From an uncultured delta proteobacterium (GTDB lineage Bacteria > Myxococcota_A > Polyangia > Fen-1088), in contig CAWGPW010000016.1 of the NCBI GenBank assembly GCA_963824555.1, positions 611,109 to 675,108 of the forward strand: 64,000 nucleotides of DNA. The letters are read 5' to 3'. The position numbers were made by a program, and so were the translations under genes. The notes under the pieces are model-generated. The model saw only the letters and a program-made list of their open reading frames with translations. It was not told the origin of the DNA and made no database searches. Below, one piece after another: positions 54,737-63,853 of the stretch. Each line of letters opens with the position of its first letter. The first letter of the stretch is position 1.

Positions 54737-55527
54737 GGCTTTCGAAACAGCCAGGAGAAGACGTCTTGTCCGCCGGCAAAGGCGGGATTCGGCAGGGCGG
54801 AGAGATCGCCCTTGGCCGCCTGGTGCGCGGATCTCACGGCCTGCTCGGCGGCCGCGAGATCGAAGGGCGTTCGCGCCAGGAAGAGGAAAACCCGTTCGCG
54901 GCCCGTTCCCGTGAATTCCAGACTATCTGGCAGGTAGACGGTTTCGTGCGTGGCGGACACCGGGAGAGCAGGACCTTGTTCGGGATAGAGCGGGGTCACC
55001 TCGCCGCTGTCGTCGACGGAGACGGCCGCCAGGTAGCGCGCGTCCACGGTCTTGTAGCCGAGACGAACGCGGTCGCCCGGCTCCAGCACCTCTTGCGATC
55101 CGGGCGGAGCGATGCGCTGCGCGGAGTTTTCTGCCGAGGCGATGCGCGCCGTGGCCTCCACGCTGCTGCCCTTGCTACGGTTTTGTTGATTGTTCCCGGA
55201 TGAGGACACGCGCACGAGGAACAAGGCCACCGCCGCCGCGGCCAGCACGCCGGAAAGCCCAAAGGCCCACGCCCGCCGCGGACGCTCTCGCGGCACACGC
55301 TGGGCGCGCTCCACGCCCCCGGCGAAGCGCTCGAAGGGGATCTCACGTTCGAACGTGCGTTGCTCTTCGACCAGCACGCGCATCTTGGCCCGGCAGGCGG
55401 GACAGCTCGCCAGATGGCAATCCACCTCGGCGCAGGCTTCGGGGGCGAGCTCACCCGCGCGGTAGCAGCGCAGGGCCAGCTCGGCCAGGTGATTCGACGG
55501 CGTTTCGCGATTGTCGACCAGGGTCAT
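54733..55527 (-). CDS. Anti-sigma factor (zf-HC2), single TM, periplasmic DUF4384-like domain
   Basis: CHLASCPAC (H-x3-C-x2-C), TM WAFGLSGVLAAAAVALFLV, periplasmic LEPGDRVRLGYKT..YLAAVSVDDSGEVTPLYP. 4-nt overlaps on both sides. Confidence 0.8.
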   Translation of the reverse strand: MTLVDNRETPSNHLAELALRCYRAGELAPEACAEVDCHLASCPACRAKMRVLVEEQRTFEREIPFERFAGGVERAQRVPRERPRRAWAFGLSGVLAAAAVALFLVRVSSSGNNQQNRSKGSSVEATARIASAENSAQRIAPPGSQEVLEPGDRVRLGYKTVDARYLAAVSVDDSGEVTPLYPEQGPALPVSATHETVYLPDSLEFTGTGRERVFLFLARTPFDLAAAEQAVRSAHQAAKGDLSALPNPAFAGGQDVFSWLFRKP

Positions 55528-56072
55528 GGCGAAAACTCCCTGCCGCAGACGGCGGCGAACTCGCCCAGGCGTTTGCGCACCGTCGGCACCGAGCGGCCGA
55601 GGAGCGCGGCGACCTCCTCCAGGGTCATTTCGTCGACGTGGTAGTGGATGGCCACGGCCTGGGTCTCTTGATCGACGAGGGACAGCATCTTGGCCACCAG
55701 CTCGCGCATCTCGAAAACCTGCGGGCCGGGGTCGCTGGTGTTGCGCGCGCGGGTCTCGCGCTCGAAACGCTCGTGCCAGGCGGCGCGGTCGGCGCGCAGG
55801 ATGTTGAGACAGTGGTGGGTGGCGATCTTGATAAGCCAGGTCAGTGGCGAGGATTCCGAGCGAAAACCCGCGTAGTGGGTGAGGACCTTGGCGAACACGT
55901 CTTGCATGGCATCCTCGGCCTTGCTGCGATCCTTGAGGATGTAGGCACAGCGCCCGAAAACGCTGGCCCCGTACCGCGTGTAAAGCTCGCGCAGCTGCTC
56001 GCGCGCATCCGAGGCCGCCAGGCCCTTTTCGCCCGGGATGATCTGAAACGTCGGGGTCTGGCGGCCGCTCAT
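55524..56072 (-). CDS. ECF-type RNA polymerase sigma factor
   Basis: MSGRQTPTF.. start at 56072. Region 2: DAMQDVFAKVLTH..SSPLTWLIKIATHHCLN. Region 4: MTLEEVAALLGRSVPTVRKRL. Confidence 0.85.
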   Translation of the reverse strand: MSGRQTPTFQIIPGEKGLAASDAREQLRELYTRYGASVFGRCAYILKDRSKAEDAMQDVFAKVLTHYAGFRSESSPLTWLIKIATHHCLNILRADRAAWHERFERETRARNTSDPGPQVFEMRELVAKMLSLVDQETQAVAIHYHVDEMTLEEVAALLGRSVPTVRKRLGEFAAVCGREFSP

Positions 56073-56074
56073 GA

Positions 56075-57070
56075 TCAAAGGTTCGAGAATTGCGCGTCCT
56101 GGAACACGCAGCTCGAGACGCTGCCGTAATTGTCCGTCGCGCTGGTCGAAATGGGAACCGACTTGTAGACGCTGAGGTAATTCGTGTCCCAGCACTCGCT
56201 CAGGGTGTAGGTCAGCGCGCTGTCCGTGGTGGTGACGCTGACGTCCGAGCGTCCCGCGCCGCTCCACAGCCACCGGCTGCGCACCTTGCCGAGGCCGCCG
56301 GCCGAGGTCGCGTTCGCGGGCACATCGTAGAGGAAGTCCATGCTGCCATCCGCGCCAGGATTCTGGACGAAGGCATAGTCTACATCGACCAGCTTGCCAG
56401 GTTGATTGTCGTCCTTGACCTGGCGGAACTTGGCCGCGATGTTGACGACGGCGCCGGGGTCCATGTGGTCATAGGTGTAGTTGGCCGTGCCCACGTTGCT
56501 GTCGGGTTGGGGCAACATGGCGCGCGCGTCCCAATCGAGCGTGAAGCTTCCCGCGCCAAAGCCCTCCATTTCGTTGCCCTGCGCATCGAGCCCGGGTGTG
56601 TGCGTTCCCGAGAGCACGGTGACATACGCCGCGCTCTGGTCTTGCTTGTCGCGCCCTTCGAACTTGTACGCGTACTGGTGGGGCGCGATACGCGTGATCG
56701 TGACTCTCCATTCGATGGGATCGAGAGGACTTTGCCATGGACCCCACACCGCCGAATCCAGGGTGACGCTCGTCGCTGGGTAGTCGGTCACCAGCTTGAC
56801 CAATGTGCCCACCGCGAGGGCGCCGGCGTTGACCGTCACGGTGACGGCGCGGGTCGTGATGTACCAGTCGGAGAGTTGCCCCATGAGGGCGTAGTTGCTT
56901 CCCTCGACGGTCAAGGCCTCGTTGTCCGAGCCCGGAACGGCCATGGCCACGGTGCTAGCGCGCGGCACCCCGGTGGCGAGCTCGGAGCCCGGCTCATCCT
57001 TGGGCTGGCATGCGAATAGCCCGATGGTCAGGGCAGAGCACAAGGCAGTGTAGGCAACGAAACGTGTCAT
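56075..57070 (-). CDS. Lipoprotein B (paralog of 52219..53145), first gene of the ECF/caspase operon
   Basis: MTRFVAYTALCSALTIGLFAC lipobox. 331 aa. The stop is 2 nt from the sigma start. Tail ..SSCVFQDAQFSNL. Confidence 0.7.
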   Translation of the reverse strand: MTRFVAYTALCSALTIGLFACQPKDEPGSELATGVPRASTVAMAVPGSDNEALTVEGSNYALMGQLSDWYITTRAVTVTVNAGALAVGTLVKLVTDYPATSVTLDSAVWGPWQSPLDPIEWRVTITRIAPHQYAYKFEGRDKQDQSAAYVTVLSGTHTPGLDAQGNEMEGFGAGSFTLDWDARAMLPQPDSNVGTANYTYDHMDPGAVVNIAAKFRQVKDDNQPGKLVDVDYAFVQNPGADGSMDFLYDVPANATSAGGLGKVRSRWLWSGAGRSDVSVTTTDSALTYTLSECWDTNYLSVYKSVPISTSATDNYGSVSSCVFQDAQFSNL

Positions 57071-57142
57071 GGTGGTCTCTCCTTCCGCTAGAGACAGACA
57101 CGCCGGCGCGCGGAAATAGAAAGAAGAAAGCCTGGCGGGACG

Positions 57143-57727
57143 CTACAGATTGGCGAAGGTCGCATCCGACAGGGCGCTCAGCGGGACATGGGCGACAAGC
57201 TCGAGCAAGTCGGCACGCGGAACGTGGCCGTTGCCCATGGCTTCGACGTGAAACCCCGAGCGAAGCTGGATGTGCAGGTCGCAGGGGGAATCGGCACGTT
57301 CGGAGGCACAGGTGAAGAAGCCATTGGCCTCGGATGCCGGCAGCGCAAGCGAGGCTTGTGGGTAGCTCGCCGAGCCCTCGACCCAGCGCTCGAACGCGCC
57401 CGGCTCCCGGCCCATGGGCGCGATGGTGATTTCCACCCGCCTCTCGCCGGAGAGGTAGGCGCGACGCACGTAGCCCGGACCGTGCCGGATGGGCTCCGCG
57501 GCCACGTACGGCGGCACGGCGTCGGGGAATATCTCGACGTGCGTCCGGGACACGTCAGTCGCCGGCTTCGGCCAAGGGATGTGCGCCATGACGCTCTCGA
57601 CCCGAGCTGGCGTCGGCTTCCGAATCGGCGAGGGAGTGGCCGAAACGCCAGCCTTGCATGCGGGCAGCGTCAGGGCGAGCAGGACAGTCCATCGCGGCGC
57701 GAGCGCGCCGCTCCTCGACCGTTTCAC
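57143..57727 (-). CDS. Lipoprotein C (hypothetical)
   Basis: MKRSRSGALAPRWTVLLALTLPAC lipobox. 194 aa. Tail ..SDATFANL resembles the lipoprotein B tail. Its start overlaps the pirin stop by 4 nt. Confidence 0.6.
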   Translation of the reverse strand: MKRSRSGALAPRWTVLLALTLPACKAGVSATPSPIRKPTPARVESVMAHIPWPKPATDVSRTHVEIFPDAVPPYVAAEPIRHGPGYVRRAYLSGERRVEITIAPMGREPGAFERWVEGSASYPQASLALPASEANGFFTCASERADSPCDLHIQLRSGFHVEAMGNGHVPRADLLELVAHVPLSALSDATFANL

Positions 57728-58596
57728 GCGTCGGTGGCTTCCTCGCGAATAAACTTCCCGCTGCGCAATTCGTCCAGCGTTTGCTCGATCTCTTCGCGCG
57801 TGTTCATCACGAACGGTCCGTAGCGCGCGATGGGCTCGCCGAGCGGACGGGCCGCGGCGAGCAGGAATCGTCCGCCCTTCGACCCGCCCTGGGCGCGAAT
57901 GAAATTACCATCGCCGAAGACCACCAAAGCCGGCCCCTCGACGGACTGCACATCGTCGCCCGTGCCGAAATCGACCTTGCCGCGATCGAGATAGGCGAAC
58001 GCGGTGTGGCCCGGCGGCACCTCTTCGCGAAAGACCGCCCCCGCCGGCAGATTCACATCAATGAACTTTGGCACCACCGACAGTCCCTCCACCGGGCCTT
58101 TGCTGCGGCCGCTGTCGGCCTCGCCCGCGATGACCCGGATCTTGGCGCCATCGTCGGTGACTCGTTCCTCCAGCTTGTCGGCGCGCAGATCGCGGTATCG
58201 CGGCCTGGTCATCTTCTCCCGGGCGGGAAGGTTGAGCCACAACTGCAGGCCCGAGATGCCTTCGGGACGCACGACTGGCATTTCCTCGTGCAGGATGCCA
58301 CTGCCCGAGGTCATCCATTGGATGTCGCCACCGTCGATGGTGCCTTTGTGTCCCAGCGAATCGCCGTGCCGGACTTGTCCGGTGCGCAGAATCGTCACGG
58401 TTTCGATGCCGCGGTGAGGATGAAAAGGGAAACCCGCTCGGTAGTCCGACGGCACCGCCGACTCGAAGTGGTCGAGCAGCAAAAACGGATCGAGGTTGGT
58501 CAATTGCCGCGTGCCGATGCTGCGGATGAGGTGAACGCCCGCTCCTTCAACCGTGGGCTGGGGCCGGATGATCTGCTGGATAGGTCGAAGCGTCAT
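57724..58596 (-). CDS. Pirin-family protein
   Basis: 290 aa. GFPFHPHRGIETVTIL cupin motif plus a second cupin half. Confidence 0.88.
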   Translation of the reverse strand: MTLRPIQQIIRPQPTVEGAGVHLIRSIGTRQLTNLDPFLLLDHFESAVPSDYRAGFPFHPHRGIETVTILRTGQVRHGDSLGHKGTIDGGDIQWMTSGSGILHEEMPVVRPEGISGLQLWLNLPAREKMTRPRYRDLRADKLEERVTDDGAKIRVIAGEADSGRSKGPVEGLSVVPKFIDVNLPAGAVFREEVPPGHTAFAYLDRGKVDFGTGDDVQSVEGPALVVFGDGNFIRAQGGSKGGRFLLAAARPLGEPIARYGPFVMNTREEIEQTLDELRSGKFIREEATDA

Positions 58597-58635
58597 GATC
58601 CATTAGATGGCTCCCGGGAGCCAGTGGATTCGGCG

Positions 58636-58683
58636 ATCTTCTCTTCCGGCCTCTGTGCCCTATTCCTTCTCTGAGCTCTCTCT
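58636..58683. repeat. Family-A repeat, partial (right arm only)
   Basis: cttctcttccggcctctgtgccctattccttctctgagctctctc resembles the right arms of copies 1 and 4. Confidence 0.45.
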
Positions 58684-59502
58684 TCAGCCGAGTTTGCCGG
58701 CCACGCGCGCGGTCTCCTCGATGGTACGCGCCAAGACCGAGCGGATCTTACCGTCTTCCATCACGCCGAGGCCGGCGATGGTGCAACCCCCGGGCGTCGT
58801 CACTTGATCCTTGAGCACGGCCGGATGGGTGCCGGTCTGGACGACCATGCGCGCAGCGCCCTGCACCATCTGCGCGGCCATGGCCACGGCGGCGTCCCGG
58901 CGCAAACCGAGGCGCACGGCTCCGTCTGCCAGGGCGTCGATCATGACGAACACGAAGGCCGGCCCGCTGCCCGCCACGGCGGTCACGATGTCCATGTGGG
59001 CCTCGTCGACCTCCTGGGCCTTTCCGACCGAGGCGAAGAGCGCCAACCCGAGGGCCATCTGCGCATCGCTGGTGCCCTTGCTGCGCGCGAGCCCGGCCAT
59101 GCCTTCGCCGATGAGTGCGGATACGTTGGGCATGGCGCGGATGACGGCGCTGTCGGGTAGGAAGCCACACAGCTTTTCCAGGCGTACCCCCGCGGCGATG
59201 CTGATCGCCAGCTTGCCCGCGAGGGCCGAGCGCATGGCATCGTCGTCGAGAACGGTGCCAATTTGATAGGGCTTCACGCAGACAAGCACTACGTCACAGG
59301 CCTTGGCCACTGCTAGGTTATCGGTTCCCGTGCGAATGCCGTGCTTGGCCGCCAGGTCGTGGGCCACCTCGGCGCGCGCGTCGCAGGCGAAGATTTGCGC
59401 CGGTGCCAGGTTGCCCGAACGAAGAAGGCCGCGCACGATGGCTTCGCCCATCGTTCCGCAGCCGATTACACCCAAGGTCTTGCCGTTTTCGAGGAGAGTC
59501 AC
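58684..59502 (-). CDS. proC: Pyrroline-5-carboxylate reductase
   Basis: 272 aa. LGVIGCGTMGEAI, RAMPN, VTTPGGCTIAGL. Confidence 0.92.
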   Translation of the reverse strand: MTLLENGKTLGVIGCGTMGEAIVRGLLRSGNLAPAQIFACDARAEVAHDLAAKHGIRTGTDNLAVAKACDVVLVCVKPYQIGTVLDDDAMRSALAGKLAISIAAGVRLEKLCGFLPDSAVIRAMPNVSALIGEGMAGLARSKGTSDAQMALGLALFASVGKAQEVDEAHMDIVTAVAGSGPAFVFVMIDALADGAVRLGLRRDAAVAMAAQMVQGAARMVVQTGTHPAVLKDQVTTPGGCTIAGLGVMEDGKIRSVLARTIEETARVAGKLG

Positions 59503-59549
59503 ACGCGCATTACCACACGAAGCGCGGTCAAGGTAAAGTCGCTCTCGGC

Positions 59550-60728
59550 ATGACGAAGGAAGTTACTCCCCGCGCGACGCTTCGCGACGCTCACCGCTTG
59601 GTGGTCAAGGTCGGAACCCAGGTGGTCACGAGCGAAGGCTCCGAGCTGGCCTTGGCGCGCGTGACGGCTCTCGTCGAGGAGTTGGCGGACGAGCGCAAGG
59701 CCGGTCGCGACATTGTGTTGGTCACCTCGGGTGCCGTGGGCATGGGCATGCGCTTGCTTGGTCTGACCCAGAGGCCGCGCTCGCTCGGGCTGCGCCAGGC
59801 CTGCGCGGCTGTGGGCCAGGGGCATCTCATGGCGGCCTATGCCGACGCCTTCGCCAAGCAGGGCGTGATCGCGGCGCAGGTGCTGCTGACCCAGGAAGAC
59901 CTGGGCGACCGGGATCGTGCCCTGTGCGTGCGCACGACTCTCATGCGCCTGCTCGAGCTCGGCGCCGTGCCCGTGCTCAACGAAAACGACAGCGTCAGCA
60001 TCCGCGAGCTGGTCGAGTACCAGCGCCGCGCGGGCGGCGAGCCGGCCAAGAAGAGTTTCGGCGACAACGACGGTCTGGCGGCTCGCGTGGCCGTGACCCT
60101 TGACGCCGACTTGCTCGTCCTGCTTACCAACGTGGACGGGCTTTTCACGGCCAATCCCAAGACCGATGCAAGCGCCCAGCGGATCGCGCTTCTGATCGAC
60201 GTGGACGAGAGCGTCCTCGGCCGCGCCAGCGGATCGTCGAGCGGCGGTACGGGCGGCATGCTGAGCAAGCTGGAGGCGGCAAGGCTCGCCATCGCGGAGG
60301 GCACCTCGGTCGTGATCGCGAATGGCGGGCAGCCCTCGGTGCTGGCCAGGATCCTGGCCGGTGATGACGTGGGCACTCTGATTCCAACCCCGGATCGCCG
60401 GCGTGCGCGCCTGCGCTTCATCGCCGTAGCCAGTCGGAAATTCGGCGCCTTGGTGCTCAACGAGGGCGCCCTGCGGGCGCTGGAAAAGGGCAAGGCCTCG
60501 TTGCTTCCCGTCGGTGTCATCACCGTCGAAGGCAGCTTCGACAAGGGGGACGTGGTCGAGATCCGCGACGGCAGTGGGCGCGTGCGGGGCCGCGGCATGG
60601 TGAACTACGACGCCGACGCGTGTCGCAAGCTGGCTGGCCGGCAAAGCGACGAGATCGACACCATCCTCGGCTATCGCGGCTACGACGCCCTCGTCACGCG
60701 CGACAACCTGGTGATGGGAACAGCGTAG
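59550..60728 (+). CDS. proB: Glutamate 5-kinase (with PUA domain)
   Basis: RLVVKVGTQVVT, VTSGAVG, FGDNDGLAA, GTGGM, and C-terminal PUA (GDVVEIRDGSGRVRGRGMVNY). ATG at 59550. Confidence 0.92.
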   Translation: MTKEVTPRATLRDAHRLVVKVGTQVVTSEGSELALARVTALVEELADERKAGRDIVLVTSGAVGMGMRLLGLTQRPRSLGLRQACAAVGQGHLMAAYADAFAKQGVIAAQVLLTQEDLGDRDRALCVRTTLMRLLELGAVPVLNENDSVSIRELVEYQRRAGGEPAKKSFGDNDGLAARVAVTLDADLLVLLTNVDGLFTANPKTDASAQRIALLIDVDESVLGRASGSSSGGTGGMLSKLEAARLAIAEGTSVVIANGGQPSVLARILAGDDVGTLIPTPDRRRARLRFIAVASRKFGALVLNEGALRALEKGKASLLPVGVITVEGSFDKGDVVEIRDGSGRVRGRGMVNYDADACRKLAGRQSDEIDTILGYRGYDALVTRDNLVMGTA

Positions 60729-60732
60729 AAAG

Positions 60733-60856
60733 ATTCTCACCCCAGAGACTCAGGGGGCGCAGAGGTCGGAAGAAAAGGGTTTCCGGATCCGGATCCAACC
60801 ATTCCATTCCTAACATCCGACCTCTGTGCTCTCTGTGACTCTGTGTGAGCTCTTTC
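60733..60856. repeat. Family-A hairpin repeat, copy 4
   Basis: ctcaccccagagactcag..ccggatccggatcc..cctctgtgctctctgtgactctgtgtgag. Lies between convergent proB and the kinase gene. Confidence 0.75.
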
Positions 60857-60873
60857 TTCCCGCGCAGAGCGCC

Positions 60874-63087
60874 TCACCTTGGGTTCGCGGTCACCGCTGT
60901 GGTCGTCGACGCTGGCGTGACCTTGCGCGAGGCGGTCACCTTCTTGTTTTCCGCGTACGACGCGTAGGCATCGGCTTCCACGGGCAGAAGCACGGTGAAG
61001 GTCGACCCGGAGCCCGGTTGCGAGCGCACCTCGATGGTGCCGCCGTGGTTCTCGATGATACGCTGGCTGATGGGCAGGCCAAGGCCAGTGCCCTTTTCCT
61101 TGGTCGTGAAGAAGGGAATGAACAGGTTGCGCAGATCGGCGGGCGGGATGCCGATGCCGTCGTCGCGGAAACGGATTTCGAGAAACGCCGCGGATGCGCC
61201 TCGCCGGGTCGAACGGCGCAAGCTGGTGGACACCTGCAGGCGCCCGCCCTGGGCCATGGCATCGAAAGCATTGATGGCCAGGTTCAAGAACACCTGGCGA
61301 AGCTGCTGCGCATCGGCACGAACCGGCGGCAGGCCCTCGAGCAGGTTCATCACGATTTCCACGCGCGAACCGGTGCGCTCCTTCTCGATCAGATTGACGG
61401 TCTTGCGAACCACGTCGTTGAGATCGAGCGGGCTCTGATCGCCGCGGTAGGGCCGCGCGTAATCGAGGAATTGCGAGACGATCTTGTTCAGCCGGTCGAC
61501 TTCCTCGACGATGATGTCAAGGAACTCGCGGGTGCTCGCATCCGGCTTTTGTCCATCTACCGGCTGCAGATACTGGGCCGCGCCCTTGATCGAGCCGAGC
61601 GGATTGCGGATCTCATGGGCGAGCCCCGCCGCCATCTGGCCGAGCGCCGCAAGACGGTCGCGCTCTTTCATGCGCTCGTAGATCTGCGAGTTTTGCAAGG
61701 TCACGCCGATGGACGCGGCCACGCCGCGGAAGAGCTCGATTTCCTCGGAGGAATAGGCCTCGCGCAAGCGCTCGTCGCGCAGGACGAGCATGCCAAGCAG
61801 CTGCTCTTCGCCGAGGATGGCCAGCACCACCGAGCCATTGAGCTGTTCCAGCGCGCGCACGATGAGTAGCAGGGCCTCGCGCTCCTCGCCTTGTTTGTTG
61901 CGCAAGGCCAGCAGCTCGCGTTCCAGCCCCTCGACGGAAACCACCCCGGCTCGGCGCAGGCGCTCGAGGAACCCACGATGGGCGACGGCATCGATGCGAC
62001 CCTCCGGCCGCGGCCCCACGTGCCCGATGAGGTCGTAGGCGGAACCGTCGGGATCGACGATGTACATCGAGGCATGGGTCACGCGGCGCGAATCTTCGAG
62101 GGCGGAGAGCACGCGCGGCACCAGATCGCGCACGTCGATGACGTTCATGAGATCGGCGCGCAAGCTCTCGATGCGGCGAAAGAGCTCGTATTTTTCCTGG
62201 AACATCCAGCGATTCACCACGCGTTCGAGCAGAGAGCGCAGCGGCTCGAACACGATGATGATGGCCGTGGAGGCAATGAGGGCATTGAGGAAGAGCAGTC
62301 CGATTTCGTTCAGATCGACCAGTTTGATGAGCAGCAGGCCGTAGATGACGGTGGAGATGCTGGCCAACGCCGCCAACACGACCATGCGCCCGAGCAGCTC
62401 GTTGAGGTCGAGCAGGCGGTAACGGACGAGGGTCTGCGACAGGAAAAACAGATAGATGGTGATGAAGATGTTCCCCACCGAGGGCGCCCAGGGAACCAGG
62501 TCCAGGAGCGCCGCGGTCACGGTGGCCAAGCCTCCCACCAGCAGGTAAAGCAGGCGGATCTTTTCGACCCGCGACGGCGTGCGCCGGTAGCGCCGGTACA
62601 GGTAGTAGACGGACAGGTAGAGCCCGAGGAAGACGTAGGAGAGGAGGCCGAGCAGGAACCACTTGGAGGTGTGAACCGGCGTGGCCAGGAAGAGACTGGA
62701 AAGCAAGGCCAGGTAGAGCAGGGCGGCGCCGACCAGGGTGATGCGCGACATGGGCGGCGGCCCGGCTTCGTCGCCGAGAAAAGCGCGGAAGAACCGCTGC
62801 GCGGTGGCGGGCAGCGATACCGCGGCCAGCATGGCCCCCCAACGCAGGAGTGAATTCGAATCCTGCGATGAGGAGAGGAACATGAGGAGCCTCTGCACCG
62901 CCACGTTGAACGCGAAGGTGGCGAACAGGGCGTGCACGCTGCGCCTGGGGTCGCGCAGGAGCACCGCCCCGCCGACGGCAAGCCCGACGATGGCGGCGAC
63001 CAGGGCCGAAAGCGTCTGAGTGTTCAAGACCCTCCCATTGTAGCGCCTTTGCCCACCATGCCTCCGTCTGTTAGCATATTGCCCCAA
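60874..63087 (-). CDS. Sensor histidine kinase (polytopic N-terminal sensor, GAF-like, HisKA, HATPase)
   Basis: About 8 hydrophobic segments, GAF-like middle, H-box LAHEIRNPLGSIKG, N/G boxes (NLAINAFDAM, DDGIGI, GTGLGLPIS). The start is uncertain (TTG at 63087 or 63027). Confidence 0.85.
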   Translation of the reverse strand: MGQYANRRRHGGQRRYNGRVLNTQTLSALVAAIVGLAVGGAVLLRDPRRSVHALFATFAFNVAVQRLLMFLSSSQDSNSLLRWGAMLAAVSLPATAQRFFRAFLGDEAGPPPMSRITLVGAALLYLALLSSLFLATPVHTSKWFLLGLLSYVFLGLYLSVYYLYRRYRRTPSRVEKIRLLYLLVGGLATVTAALLDLVPWAPSVGNIFITIYLFFLSQTLVRYRLLDLNELLGRMVVLAALASISTVIYGLLLIKLVDLNEIGLLFLNALIASTAIIIVFEPLRSLLERVVNRWMFQEKYELFRRIESLRADLMNVIDVRDLVPRVLSALEDSRRVTHASMYIVDPDGSAYDLIGHVGPRPEGRIDAVAHRGFLERLRRAGVVSVEGLERELLALRNKQGEEREALLLIVRALEQLNGSVVLAILGEEQLLGMLVLRDERLREAYSSEEIELFRGVAASIGVTLQNSQIYERMKERDRLAALGQMAAGLAHEIRNPLGSIKGAAQYLQPVDGQKPDASTREFLDIIVEEVDRLNKIVSQFLDYARPYRGDQSPLDLNDVVRKTVNLIEKERTGSRVEIVMNLLEGLPPVRADAQQLRQVFLNLAINAFDAMAQGGRLQVSTSLRRSTRRGASAAFLEIRFRDDGIGIPPADLRNLFIPFFTTKEKGTGLGLPISQRIIENHGGTIEVRSQPGSGSTFTVLLPVEADAYASYAENKKVTASRKVTPASTTTAVTANPR

Positions 63088-63229
63088 TCATGGGTGCGGT
63101 CGATTGGCCAGAGCCGCTTCGGCGGCTTTCATCCTATCGCGGCCACGGGTCGCGATGGGGGGGCCTGAGATCCGTATGCCGCAAGCCGCGAAGCGTTCCG
63201 CCAAGCGTGACTCGTGCAGGGGGGACTGC

Positions 63230-63826
63230 ATGATCGACGGAGCGGTCTTGGTGCTGAACCGGCATTTCCAGCCCATCCACGTGACCAACGTGAAGCGGGC
63301 CTTCGCGCTCCTCTACGCGGGGTCCGCGCAGGCCGTGGATCGCCAGTTTCGCACCTTCGATTTCGACAGCTGGGCCGAGCTATCGGCCGACATGGGCGAT
63401 GACGTCGTCCACACCGTGAATCGCGCCATCCGCGTGCCGCGGGTGATCCTGTTGCAGATCTACGACCGCATCCCGCGCGCAAAGGTGCGCTTCTCCCGCC
63501 ACAACATCTACACGCGCGACAACAACACCTGCCAGTACTGCGGCCGCCAACTGCCGCGGGCGGAGCTGAATCTGGATCACGTGATTCCCCGCTCGCGGGG
63601 CGGGCGCACGACCTGGGACAACGTCGTTTGCTGCTGCGTGGACTGCAACATCGCGAAGGGCGCCCGCACCCTCGAACAGGCCCACCTTCGCCTGCTCAAG
63701 ACCCCCACCCGGCCGCGCTGGACCCCCACCTTCCGCGCGGGCTCGGATTGCATTCGCTACCGCGAGTGGCTGCCGTTTCTCGACCTGCCCAACGCGTCGT
63801 ACTGGAACGCCGAGCTGGTCGAGTAG
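63230..63826 (+). CDS. HNH endonuclease-family protein
   Basis: MIDGAVLVLNRHFQPIHV.. start at 63230. CQYCG..LNLDHVIPRSRGG..WDNVVCCCVDCNIAKG (HNH with Cys4 zinc site). Confidence 0.8.
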   Translation: MIDGAVLVLNRHFQPIHVTNVKRAFALLYAGSAQAVDRQFRTFDFDSWAELSADMGDDVVHTVNRAIRVPRVILLQIYDRIPRAKVRFSRHNIYTRDNNTCQYCGRQLPRAELNLDHVIPRSRGGRTTWDNVVCCCVDCNIAKGARTLEQAHLRLLKTPTRPRWTPTFRAGSDCIRYREWLPFLDLPNASYWNAELVE

Positions 63827-63853
63827 GCCGGCTTGCTATGATCCCGGCCACCC

